NCBI RefSeq assembly: GCF_001194135.2
Contig: NC_068991.1
Coordinates: 47,586,724-47,650,723, forward strand
Direction of reading: 5' to 3'
Origin: Octopus bimaculoides
Taxonomy: Eukaryota
DNA length: 64,000 nucleotides
How positions within the stretch are numbered: the stretch's first letter is position 1; each line of letters opens with the position of its first letter. Under the pieces are notes generated by a model. It saw only the letters and a list, made by a program, of their open reading frames with translations. It was not told the origin of the DNA and did not search any database. The position numbers and the translations under genes were made by a program. Below, piece after piece: positions 13,145 to 25,200 of this stretch.

Positions 13145-16100
13145 GTGATTGCTGTCTGCTACCTGCTGACTAACGCCCTTTCCCTCTTTACGGAAATTGC
13201 CGAATTGATGTAAACAAAGACATGTTGGCCATGTTGATAATCAGCAGGCAAAGCTGACTACTGGTTGGCAATCAGCTGACTACTGGTTTGGCATTTAGAG
13301 AACTTGTACCGAATGATCGCCCAGAGTTCTTTTCAGTTCCCATCTACCAAATCCATTCAGAAGGCTTTGGTCAGCCTGAGGCTCTAGTATAAGACACTTG
13401 CCCAAGGAGCCACACAGTGGAACTGAACCCAGAACTATGTGGTTGGGAAGCAAGCTTCTTACCACAAAGCCATGCCTAAATATTAATTCATAGCATAAAC
13501 AGATCCCACACATTCTCTATGTGGGTAAACACCAATAAATCAACTGGTACTTTATTGTACTGAGTCCTAGGGGGATTAAAGACAAAGTAGATGTAGGAAT
13601 GATTTGAACTCAGAACATAAAAGAAAGAAAGTAAAATACTACAAGGGGTTTAATGTATAGTTCTTCTATTTCTGCTGTTCACCACCTCTTAAATATATTA
13701 AATTCAAATATTAAAAATCCTTGTATTATTAACTTACTTTAAAAATTTGCTTTGGTCTTCGATAATTTTCTGATACCTTGGAAACCAAATCTAGATGATA
13801 AACTGGAAGAATAAAAAGGAAAAGTTGAAAGATACTAGAATGTATAAATTCCAATACATTAATTAACAGCAATTGTCTAGATAAGAATAATTTATTAAAC
13901 GATACTTACCCTCATTATCAGCATCAATATGGCACTTATCATCTTCAGTTGTGGTTTCAATTTTTGATGGATCTGATGTAGTTTTATTAAAATATCTAGA
14001 TTCTGTGATGGGATCTTCATCTATTTGTTGAATCTGATCATTCAATTTATTATCACTGACTGGCACTGTAGGCGAAGGTTGATATTTGATTGATAATTCA
14101 GAGTTATTTCCTTTGGGTAACTGTAAAAGATTTGTCTTCATAATTCTTCTCTTTGTTCCATTTGAACAATCTGAATCATTCTTATTCATCATTTCAGTGA
14201 TTGATTCTACCACACGTATATCAGCAGTTTCTTCCTTATCAGTTACTAGATTTTTATTTTCATTTCCAACTAAATTCTGTTCCTCTTCTATGTTGATTGT
14301 TATTGACTCAGTTTTCTCAACATCATCGTTACTTTCTTGATCTTTTATATTCTGGTAATTATCGTCATCTTTCACTGATTTAGAATGCTTATTATCAGCA
14401 ACTAATGCTTCTTCAACCTCTTCTAACACAATTTTACATTCATTATTGACACTTGGTGATAAACTTCTTAATTTATTGTTTTTAAAAGAAAACATTTCTG
14501 GCCTGGAAGAACAGAATAACTGGTATAAGAACATGAAGTTGTCACAAAATAATACTAAAGAATATTAATTTATATTTTCCTTTCTCAGGAACTTATATCT
14601 AAGACAATAAGCCTGTTTCAGCTTATTCATGAATTTAAGCTCTGTGACTCAATCCTTTTATTAATTACTAAAGTTTATTTATGCTTCCCCAAATCTGATG
14701 ATTCTACACTAATCCCAGTCAAAGTGTTCCATTAGACCAATCTCTATTTTTTCTTTACTGCCATGAATCTACTCCTCTGATACACTTAACAGAAAATGTA
14801 TAATGATTTCTTGCAAAAACTGCTTCACTTTAGAACTTACTCTTCTTGTCAATTCTCATAATATACTATTCTAAAGCCCATCAAAGTCTAACACTCAGTA
14901 TGACCTTTGTAAGCCAGTCACTAACTACCTGTTAAAACTGTATATGGCTACGGCAGGTCCACATTTACAGTTTGCATCTCCAGTCTAGAACACCCCCCCC
15001 CCATCTTCTTCAGAATATCAATCCAGAGGTGTGCAACCAGATGAATATCCTCCAACAGTCACCATATCTTGAACATATTGCTTCTCTGGGCATTGATACA
15101 CTAAAGTTTTGATGCCTGGCAGTTGACTTGGTAGAAGCCCATAGAATTATCCACCATCCTTCCAACAACACTTTACCCATTTTTTAAAATTCAATACCTC
15201 TACCTCTCTTAGACATGCTTATAAAATCAAAAACTATTGTAGCATTCATGACTTTCAGAAACATTTCCTTGCTTTCAGAATTGTCAAAGAATGGAATAAA
15301 CTACCTATATCAGGTGTTAGCTGACAAGACACGGCATTCTTCAAAAATTTCATGTTTCCTGAAATTTGCTAACACAGTTTTTGATGTACTTCTATACACT
15401 TTTCTCTTTATGAATCTATAACTCTTTTACTTGCTTCAGTCATTTGACTGTAGCCATGCTGGAGCACCGCCTTTAGTCGAGCAAATCGACCCCAGTCTCT
15501 TTTGCCGAACGGTTAAGTTACGGGGACGTAAACACACCAGCATCGGTTGTCAAGCGATGTTGGGGGGGACAAACACAGCACAGACACACAAACACATACA
15601 TATATATGACGGGCTTCTTTCAGTTTCCGTCTATCAAATCCAAGGCTTCGGTCGGCCCGAGGCTATAGTAGAAGACACTTGCCCAAGATGCCATGCAGTG
15701 GGACTGAACCCGGAACCATGTAGTTGGTAAGCAAGCTACTTACCACACAGCCACTCCACTGTTCACTTTTCTGTCTTTTTGCATTTTCTTTTGCATGCTA
15801 TGCACGCACTTTTGCCTACCATTGCTATCTTTCTTTACTCAACTTATTGCTGCTTTCTGTCTCCTCTTTTACACTTCTCTGTATTATACAGTGATTAAAT
15901 TAATAGAACCTTCTTCACCAGCTAACTTACTTCATAGCAGCAACAGCAGAGGAAACAGAAACAGACTGACTTGTAACAGAATTAAAATAACTGGAGACTA
16001 TTGTACAGGTTGAGTTATTTTCATTGTTAAGACACAGAGTAGAATAGAAAAGAGAAATATAAAGGCAGAAAATAGAATCCATAATAGATGTGTAGGTCTA

Positions 16101-17545
16101 GCGGTTTAATTAACATGTCTGCTTTGCAAGCATGTGGTTTCAGGTTCAGACTAACTGTATCACATCTTGGACAAATGTCTTCTATTACTGCCCAAGGCCA
16201 ACCAATACTCTGGGAGTGAAATGGAAGTCAGAAACTGTAAAAGGCTTATTATGAGTGGATTTGGTTGACAGAAACTGAATGAAGCCAAGTGTGTGTGCAG
16301 GGTTTGTTTGTGTTTATCCTTGTCTTGACATCATGTGATGATTGTAAATGAACATTACTATCATACAAGCAATGCTGCTCATTTCTTGACTTCTATGGTA
16401 AAATATTACCTAGCAGAGAAACAAGTAAGGGTTGGCAACAGAAGGTCATCCAGCTGTAGAAAATCTGCTTCAACAAATTCTGTCTGGCCCATGCAAGCAT
16501 GGAAAAATGGATGTTAAACATTGATGATGATGATAAGTATATGGCTGTATAAGTGCGTGCATGTGTGCGTTTGTGTCTTTGCTTAGTGTTGACACTTGCA
16601 TGCTGATTGTCCACCTATTGAGCTCTTTGTTGTTCAAAAGGACTAAAGGCAATATTACATTGCTTAATAACAGGTAATGGTTGGAGATAGGAAGAGTATC
16701 CAGAGGTAGAAAAACTGCTGCAACATGTTTTGTCTGAACCATGCAAGCATAGAAAAGTAGGTGTTCAAATAACAATGAAAATGTGATAAACAGTGATATC
16801 TGTATGAGGATGTAATTAACAGGGATATTTGTATGATGATTTGATAAATACAGATATCTGTATGATGATGCAATAATAAAGGGATATCCATAAAACAATT
16901 CACTTACGGATAATAAGTTATTCCTGCTGGTTTCATCTGAGAAGGATCAATTGCTGTAGTTAACAATTTTCTAGAATTTTCCCATTTTTCTGTCTCCTTT
17001 GATATCAGCTGTACCATATGTTTTGAACAAAAGTGAGAGTCAAGTGCTCTCTGCCGGTATTTTGCTGCCTTATCACGTAACTCTAGCACCTGCTTGTACC
17101 AGTCTTCATATGATATATTTTCAGTCGTTACCTTATTAAGATGGAAGAAGCAGTTTCTTGTGAAAGATGATACACTCAAACATATGTATAAATATCTGGC
17201 TTAGGCATTGCAATACTAATAACATGGTGTAGCACTCAATATACATAAACTTCTGAATAAAACATTAGTCAAGCACAGAGCAGTAATAATAAAAAAAAGA
17301 GATGACAAAGGAATAAATGATTATTTTATGAACTTCAGTACCAAACAGTTCTTCCCGTATAAGATATTGTGGACTCATAGCAGTGTGCCTGAGTAACACC
17401 TTATAGCTTCATCAGAGCCTCAAACATGAGGTGATAAGGAGTTACTCAGACACTCAACTATGAGTCCACAGCGTCTTATAGCAGAAATAGTTGTAAGCTA
17501 ATGAAGTTCATAGGATAAGCATTTATTCCTTTGTCATCTCTTTTT

Positions 17546-17578
<33 letters not shown>

Positions 17579-19198
17579 NNNNNNNNNNNNNNNNNNNNNN
17601 NNNNNNNNNNNNNNNNNNNNNNNNNNNNNNNNNNNNNNNNNNNNNNNNNNNNNNNNNNNNNNNNNNNNNNNNNNNNNNNNNNNNNNNNNNNNNNNNNNNN
17701 NNNNNNNNNNNNNNNNNNNNNNNNNNNNNNNNNNNNNNNNNNNNNNNNNNNNNNNNNNNNNNNNNNNNNNNNNNNNNNNNNNNNNNNNNNNNNNNNNNNN
17801 NNNNNNNNNNNNNNNNNNNNNNNNNNNNNNNNNNNNNNNNNNNNNNNNNNNNNNNNNNNNNNNNNNNTTCGAGCGTGGCCGTTTTCGTGCGGGTGACACG
17901 TAAAAGCACCCACTACACTCTCTGAGTGGTTGGCGTTAGGAAGGGCATCCAGCTGTAGAAACTCTGCCAAATTAGATTGGAGCCTGGTGTTGCCATCCGG
18001 TTTCACCAGTCCTCAGTCAAATCGTCCAACCCATGCTAGCATGGAAAGCGGACGTTAAACGATGATGATGATGATGATATAGGTGTGTGTATGTGTGTGT
18101 GTGTGTGCAAGCGCATGCCAAAGCAGACATTGGAATTTGGGGCTTGTCACAGCCTTCTGGCTCAGTGGTTTCTGTCTCAAACTGTCTCAAATGGGTAGGA
18201 AGTTAATGAAGATATGCATATTACATATGTATCTCCATTAACTATGGCCAATAGAGATGCTGGTTGGTCACACTTTACATATTGGTTGTTTCCAGTCATT
18301 CTTTACATTGTATAGAGATGGGGGAGAGAGAGAGAGAGAGAGAATAAAAGAGGTACAGAGTGAGTTAACATAAGAGGTGCATGATGAGTGAACATACTAG
18401 GCTTGGTGGTAGGCAATGGCTAAAAGAATGCTACACATACTCAGAGAAAGAATCATAGAGACAGAGGAGTAGGAGGAGGAGAGGAAGTAAACAACAACAA
18501 ACTGTTCAAAATGAATATAATTGCTACAATAATATTAATATACTTTTGCCATCATGGCTAATATCAGGAAATATAGCGCACATAAAATAATTATAATTTA
18601 ACTTTTATCAAATTACTTATGGTGACAAAAGTATACTTTCGAAATTACTCAAGTTGCTAATATTAATAGATGATATAAGATGGTGAGCTGGTAGAATCAT
18701 TAGGACACTAGACAAAAATGCCACTAGGCATTTCATCTATCTCCATGTTTTGAGTTCAAATTCCACTGAGGTCAATTTTGTCTTTCACCCTTTCGGGATC
18801 AATAAAATAAGTACCAAATGAGTACTGGGGTTGATGTAATTGATTTACCCACTCCCCTGAAATTGCTGGCCTTGTGCCAAAAATTGAAACCAGTGTAAAT
18901 GGATGATACATTAATGGTTAATTAGAATAATTTATCTAATTATCTTGTCAAGGAATAAGTATTCCAAATTTGACATTAAAACGAAAATAGTTTTTAATAC
19001 TAAAGTTGTGATCTTATATAATACAAGAAAAATTAAATACACCAACATATTGAAGTATTTAACAGTAGAGAAGGCTACTTTACCTGTGGGTCCTTATTTA
19101 CCCAGGCATTTTTAACATAAGCAAATTTTGAGGGTGAGTTGAAGTTTTTCTGGTATTCAGACATTAAAACTCTAAAGGAAAGCAATAATAAAAATAAC

Positions 19199-19234
<36 letters not shown>

Positions 19235-22184
19235 GGATTGTATTTAAAGCATGTGTAAATTTTTTTTATATTTAATATTTCATTTTAAATGAAAAATAAA
19301 TTCAAGTATGAACAAAAATTACTTCCATATGAAAATAAATCAAGAGAAAAAGTGGAATTTGAGAATACAAGGAACCAGTAAGTCTCCAGATGAAGTAGAG
19401 CCAGTGATCAAATAAACCAAGGACAATAATCATGTTTTTTCAAATTCTCCATGTTACATAAATATGAATATCTCAAATCAAAAGAAAACAACACTGATTC
19501 CTTTGGTATAAACACCAGATTTTGATCAAATGAAATAGTTTATTAGCAAAGAGCACCAACTCTTCAAAAATACAATTATATTAAATAACCCTTTAGCATT
19601 CAGATTCGTGATGGCACCTGCGCCCAGCGTCGCCTCTCTGGTACTTGTGCCCGCAGCATGTGTAAGGACTTTCGAGTGAGATCGTTGCCAGTGTCCCTGG
19701 ACTGGCTCTTGTGTGGGTGGCACATAAAATACACCATTTTGAGCATGGCCGTTGCCAGTACCGCCTGACTGGCCTTCGTGCAGGTGGCACGTAAAAGCAC
19801 CCAGTACACTCTTGGAGTGGTTGACGTTAGGAAGGGCATCCAGCTGTAGAAGCTCTGCCAAATCAGATTGAAGCCTGGTGTAGCCATCTGGTTTCACCAG
19901 TCCTCAGTCAAATTGTCCAACCCATGCTAGCATGGAAAGCGGACGTTAAACGATGATGATGATGATGATGATGATTTCTGTCAAGTGTAATGCTTATTTA
20001 TTCAAATTGATATGAATTAGTCATGCCTTATTTTGTAGCTTTGAGATTTCAATGATGTGATTGCTAATTTTTAGAATAATATTGTAGGGGTGAGAAGCTG
20101 TATCTGGCCAGTTTGAAATATGAAGTAGATAGATTATTTTGGTTGGATATGGCTGGTTTAAATGTTAAAGGGTTAAGGAATAAAGTCAATAAATAGTTTT
20201 TATAGAAAAAAATCAAATGACATTTTACTCACACAGGGGGACTTTTATCATTCTTGAGTTCGGGATGTGAAGTAACAGCTGTAAAATAAAATTGTCAAGA
20301 ACGCACATGAGGATATTTAAACAGGTGAGCATATTTAAACAGTCAAATATCCACATCTGGATAATCCTAATGATTTCTTATTTTGGTACATCTTCTCTAT
20401 TATAAAGTGATTAGACATATAACTCATCTCCAACAAAAAATCTCTTCTATTCTGGTTCCTTCTTTCACACTTTAACCTCTCATCCCCAAGCATAAAGCTA
20501 CCTTCTTCTACTGTAGCCCCACTCAGTCAGAGCTATGAGGCAACCTCACAGGTGCTGGTGCTATAATAAAAGTACTCAGTATATTCTGTAAAGAGACTGG
20601 TCTTAAGAAGGGCATCTAACCCTAGAAACTAAAGTCATTAGAACATCCAACAAGATGCCTTGTAGCATCTGTTCAGGTACTTTGCATTCTAAGTTCAAAT
20701 GCCACCTTCCATCAATGACCTCCTTGTGTCGTGAAATTGGCTCTTTCAGGATCTGGATAATGATGATAGGTCCCTAACATTAGGTGAGCAATGTGTCAAT
20801 TAGAACATCTCAGATACATCAAAGCCACAAATGCACTCTCCACAAAAGGGAATAAATGCTTAGAAAAAAGAAATAGGGTACAAATTAGGGAATTAAGATA
20901 GAAAAAGTAGTTACCTAACTTTGACATTCTTTGACAGAATTTGATAAAAAAAAACCAAAAAAAACATGACTATAATTAATTGAATATTTAATTAAGAAAG
21001 AAATCTCTTACATTCAAGACTTTTGGCTCTTTTCATCTGTAAAGATAAAAAATACATTTTCACTTGTAACAAACAAAAGAAAAGAATCGCGTGACATGAT
21101 CATAGTGACTTCAAATTTTGGCACAAAGCCAGCAATTTTGGTACGGCATAAATCAATTACATCAACCCCAGTGTTCAATTGGTACTTATTTTATCAACCT
21201 CGAAAGGATGAAAGGCAAAGTTGACCTTGGCAACATTCGAACACAGAATGTAAAGTCGGAAGAAATACTGCTAAGCATTTTTCACAGTGTGGAAACAATT
21301 GTGCCTGCTTGCCACCTTGTAATATGATACTATCACAGTGTAATGTTATCTAATATATATATTTCATTTATAAGGCACAACAATGTAATGCCCATGCCTT
21401 TTCCAAGAGTATTAGTAGCTGTATTGTGGAGGCGCAATGGCCCAGTGGTTAGGACAGCGGACTCAAGGTCATAAGATCGCAGTTTCGATTCCCAGACCGG
21501 GCGTTGTGAGTGTTTATTGAGCAAAAACACCTAAATCTCCATGAGGCTCTGGCAGGGGATGGTGGCGAACCCTGCTGTACTCTTCCACCACAACTTTCTC
21601 TCACTCTTTCTTCCTGTTTCTGTTGTACCTGTATTTCACAAGGCCAGCCTTGTCACACTGTGTCACGCTGAATATCCCCGAAAACTACGTTAAGGGTACA
21701 CGTGTCTGTGGAATGCTCAGCCACTTGCACATTAATTTCACAAGCAGGCTGTTCTGTTGATTCGATCAACTGGAACCCTCGACGTCGTAAGTGACGGAGT
21801 GCCAACAACAACAGTAGCTGTATCAAAGTAAAAGTGTTTCAATTAGGAATTGAAACTGTTTCATGGGCTCATTGCTCAAGATTATCCTTCTTCTACATGT
21901 AGCACTGTCTAATACATTTAGAGTATATATTAAATATCTTAATTATGATTTGATACTTCATAATATATCATGTAATATTAAAACTATAGTAGTATTACAT
22001 TACGACAGGCATGGTTGGGTGGTTAAGAAGTTTGCTTCCCAGCCATGTGGTTTTGGGTTCAGTCCCAATGCATGGTACCTTGAGAAAATGTTTTCTGCTT
22101 ATAACCTCAGGCCAACTGAAGCCATGTGAGTAGGTTTGTAGATGGAAACAGAAAGAAGCCTATTGTGTGTGTGTATATACATAC

Positions 22185-22221
<37 letters not shown>

Positions 22222-25200
22222 GATAGATAGATCAGATTGGAGCCTGGTGCAGCCATCTGGTTCGCCAGTCCTCAGTCAAATCGTCCAACATATGCTAACA
22301 TGGAAAGTGGACGTTAAACGATGATGATGATATATATATCAATCTATCTGTGTATCATAATTAATGTGTAGATACATCACAAAAAGCCAAATTAACAGCA
22401 GCATTTGTCCTGAGACAACACCTCTTATAAATATACACTGTTAAATAACACTAAAATAAATCAGTAGCAAGTGAAAATTATCCGGCTACAGTGGTGGTAT
22501 TGGTAGATGCACATTTCTGTCACTTGTAGCTTCATCAGTAGCAAGTGCTCACTGGCAACTGCATGCAGACAAAATCCATCATCATCAATATAGGAAGACA
22601 GTAGCTGAAAAATCACTGATGTTGCATTTAGCCAAGCAGCTGAATAAAAATTTGTTATGTGCATCAGAAGCAGTATTAGTTTCAAATATCGAACTGCATG
22701 TCATACTTAATGCAGATACAGAATGCCAAATTAACTGCAATATTTAGCCAGAGATAATATTTTATTCATGTTATCTGGTACAAGGAGGAGGAAAGGAGGA
22801 AGTTTTTCCAGAGTAAAATTGAAAAGCAGCTAGATTAAGCAACCAACCTTATGTTTTGGCTCAGTTTTGTCACTGTCTTCAGTTCTTTTTGATGATGTTG
22901 GTCCATTGGTTTCTAATTTTGTTGACAAACTTTCTGTAGTCTTAACAGGTTGTGAGGATGTCTTTTTCTTTATGTATTTTTCTTTATTCTTAACAGGTTG
23001 TGAGGATGTCTTTTTGCTGGGGCATACATCTTCAGTTGACACTGATTTTGCCAATGCACCTATCCTTTCAGTTCTCTTAGAATTCACTGACCTGCTTCTA
23101 CGTGGATGCTTTATTTTTTTCACACAGGAATATTCATTTTCTACTGTAGATGTATTAGAGCAGACATCTTTCTCAGGTAGTGGGCTGCAAAAGTTCCTCT
23201 GATACTCTGACTGTTTTACTGCATAATCATTTTGAGAAGGGGCTTGAGTAAAATGGCTGCCTGAGTGAAAAAGGTTCTGAATGAAAAAAGAATTGGATTA
23301 AACAAGTAATATGATTATAAACTACGACTGCTACTGATCTGAAAGATTTTAATTCTCCATGTGAAAGGTGAGCAGGTTGATGCCGCCGTCGTCGTCGTTT
23401 AACATCCGCTTTCCATGCTAGCATGGGTTGGATGATTTGACTGAGGACTGGTGAAACCAGATGGCTACACCAGGCTCCATTCTGATTTGGCAGAGTTTCT
23501 ACAGCTGGATGCCCTTCCTAACGCCAACCACTCAGAGAGTGTAGTGGGTGCTTTTTACGTGCCACCGGCACAAAGGCCAGTTAGGCGGTACTGGCAATGG
23601 CCATGCTCAAAATGGTGTATTTTATGTGCCACCCGCACAAGAGCTAGTCCAGGGGCAATACAATAAAATGATAACAACCTTATTGTATACAGCACTTAGG
23701 TGCACTACAACATTTTACCAGGTAATGTGGGTAGAGCATAACACCTGCTGCTAGTTGTTAAAAATTATACCTCCAAAATCTTGATTGTGATTCTACCCAG
23801 AAGCTTGCATATCAATGACTGGGTTCCACTGATGTCAAAGACCCAACTGTAATATGCTATGTGTTTCAAGCCCTATTCATATCAAGAAAACACCACTGTA
23901 TCACAACTCCTGTAAACATGTGCAGCATTCAGCTAGAACCCTCATAGTCACTTTAAATGTCACTAAGGATTTCTCTGGGTAAAAACACATAATTACCATA
24001 GCTAAGAACACATTCCACAAACTGGTCCTTCTCTTTAGGGGCAAAAATATTTCAGTCCCCAACATCCTATAAAATTCAAGTGAGGCCTGAAATGGAGTTC
24101 TGACCGCTAGATGGTGCTGCTACTACACACACACACAGATATCTTGGATAGTGTCCAGACAAGGTCCACTTAACAGATTGGAATTCAATCACTAATGGGC
24201 ATGTTGTCTCCTCTTTCTGTCTTTTCTATTGCTACTATATTGCTTCTGCTTCTTGGAACTGGTTGGTCTCATTCCTTCACCACTCAGGCACCCCCTGACC
24301 CCTTCATCTCTCTTGTTGCATCTAATTTTTCTGGCCCAGTACCAACCCCTAAGTCCAATTCTTACTCCCTAATATTGTCAATCCTTTGGAATCACCTCCC
24401 CATTCATGTCTTTCCTGCAGGTTTTGACCTGTAACAATTTAAACAGAGCAAAATTAATGGCACAATGGTTATGAGCACTGTCGCTTTCTCCAGACTCAGC
24501 CAGGAAAAGGAAAAAAAAAAATTTATAAGTCAAGAATTTGAAGGAATTTATAAAAATAACTGACTTTGGCATTAGTCTGGTATTGGATTAGGATTTAAAC
24601 AAAATGACACTCCCTTAAAATTATGATGCTAATGATGCTTGTCCATGCTTACATGGGTCAGATGGGATTTGTTGAGGCAGGTTTTCCTTTTATCAGATGC
24701 CTCTCCTGTCACCAACCCTTACATGTTTCCAAGGAAGGTATTATTTCTCCATGGCTGGACATTTTCACAAGTGACTGCAAATGAAGGCTATCATTTATAT
24801 CATAGTGGCACATTTTTTACACATATTAATTTGCTTCCCAACCCATGTGGCATTGGGTTCTGTCCAACTGCAAGGCATCCTAGGTAAGTGACTTCTGCTA
24901 TCGCCTCAGGTTGACCAAAGCCTTATGAGCGGATTTGGTAAATGGAAACTGAAAGAAGTCTTTCCTAGATGTGTGCATGTGTGACATATATGTGTGTACA
25001 TGTGTTTGTGCTTCCTCATTTTGACATCACATCAGAGTCGTAAGCAAGAGTCTATGTCATACAAGTGGTGTCATTTATTTCCACTCTTCCATATAAACAT
25101 ATCCAGCCAGGGAAAAATACTACCTGGCTTGGAAACAAGCGAGGGTTGCCAACAGGAAAAATCTGCCTCTGACCCATGCAAGCATGTAAAAGTGGATGTT

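Noticed and set aside
21426-21500. tRNA gene (also at 38601)
   Set aside because: Head of a SINE with body, tail and TSD.
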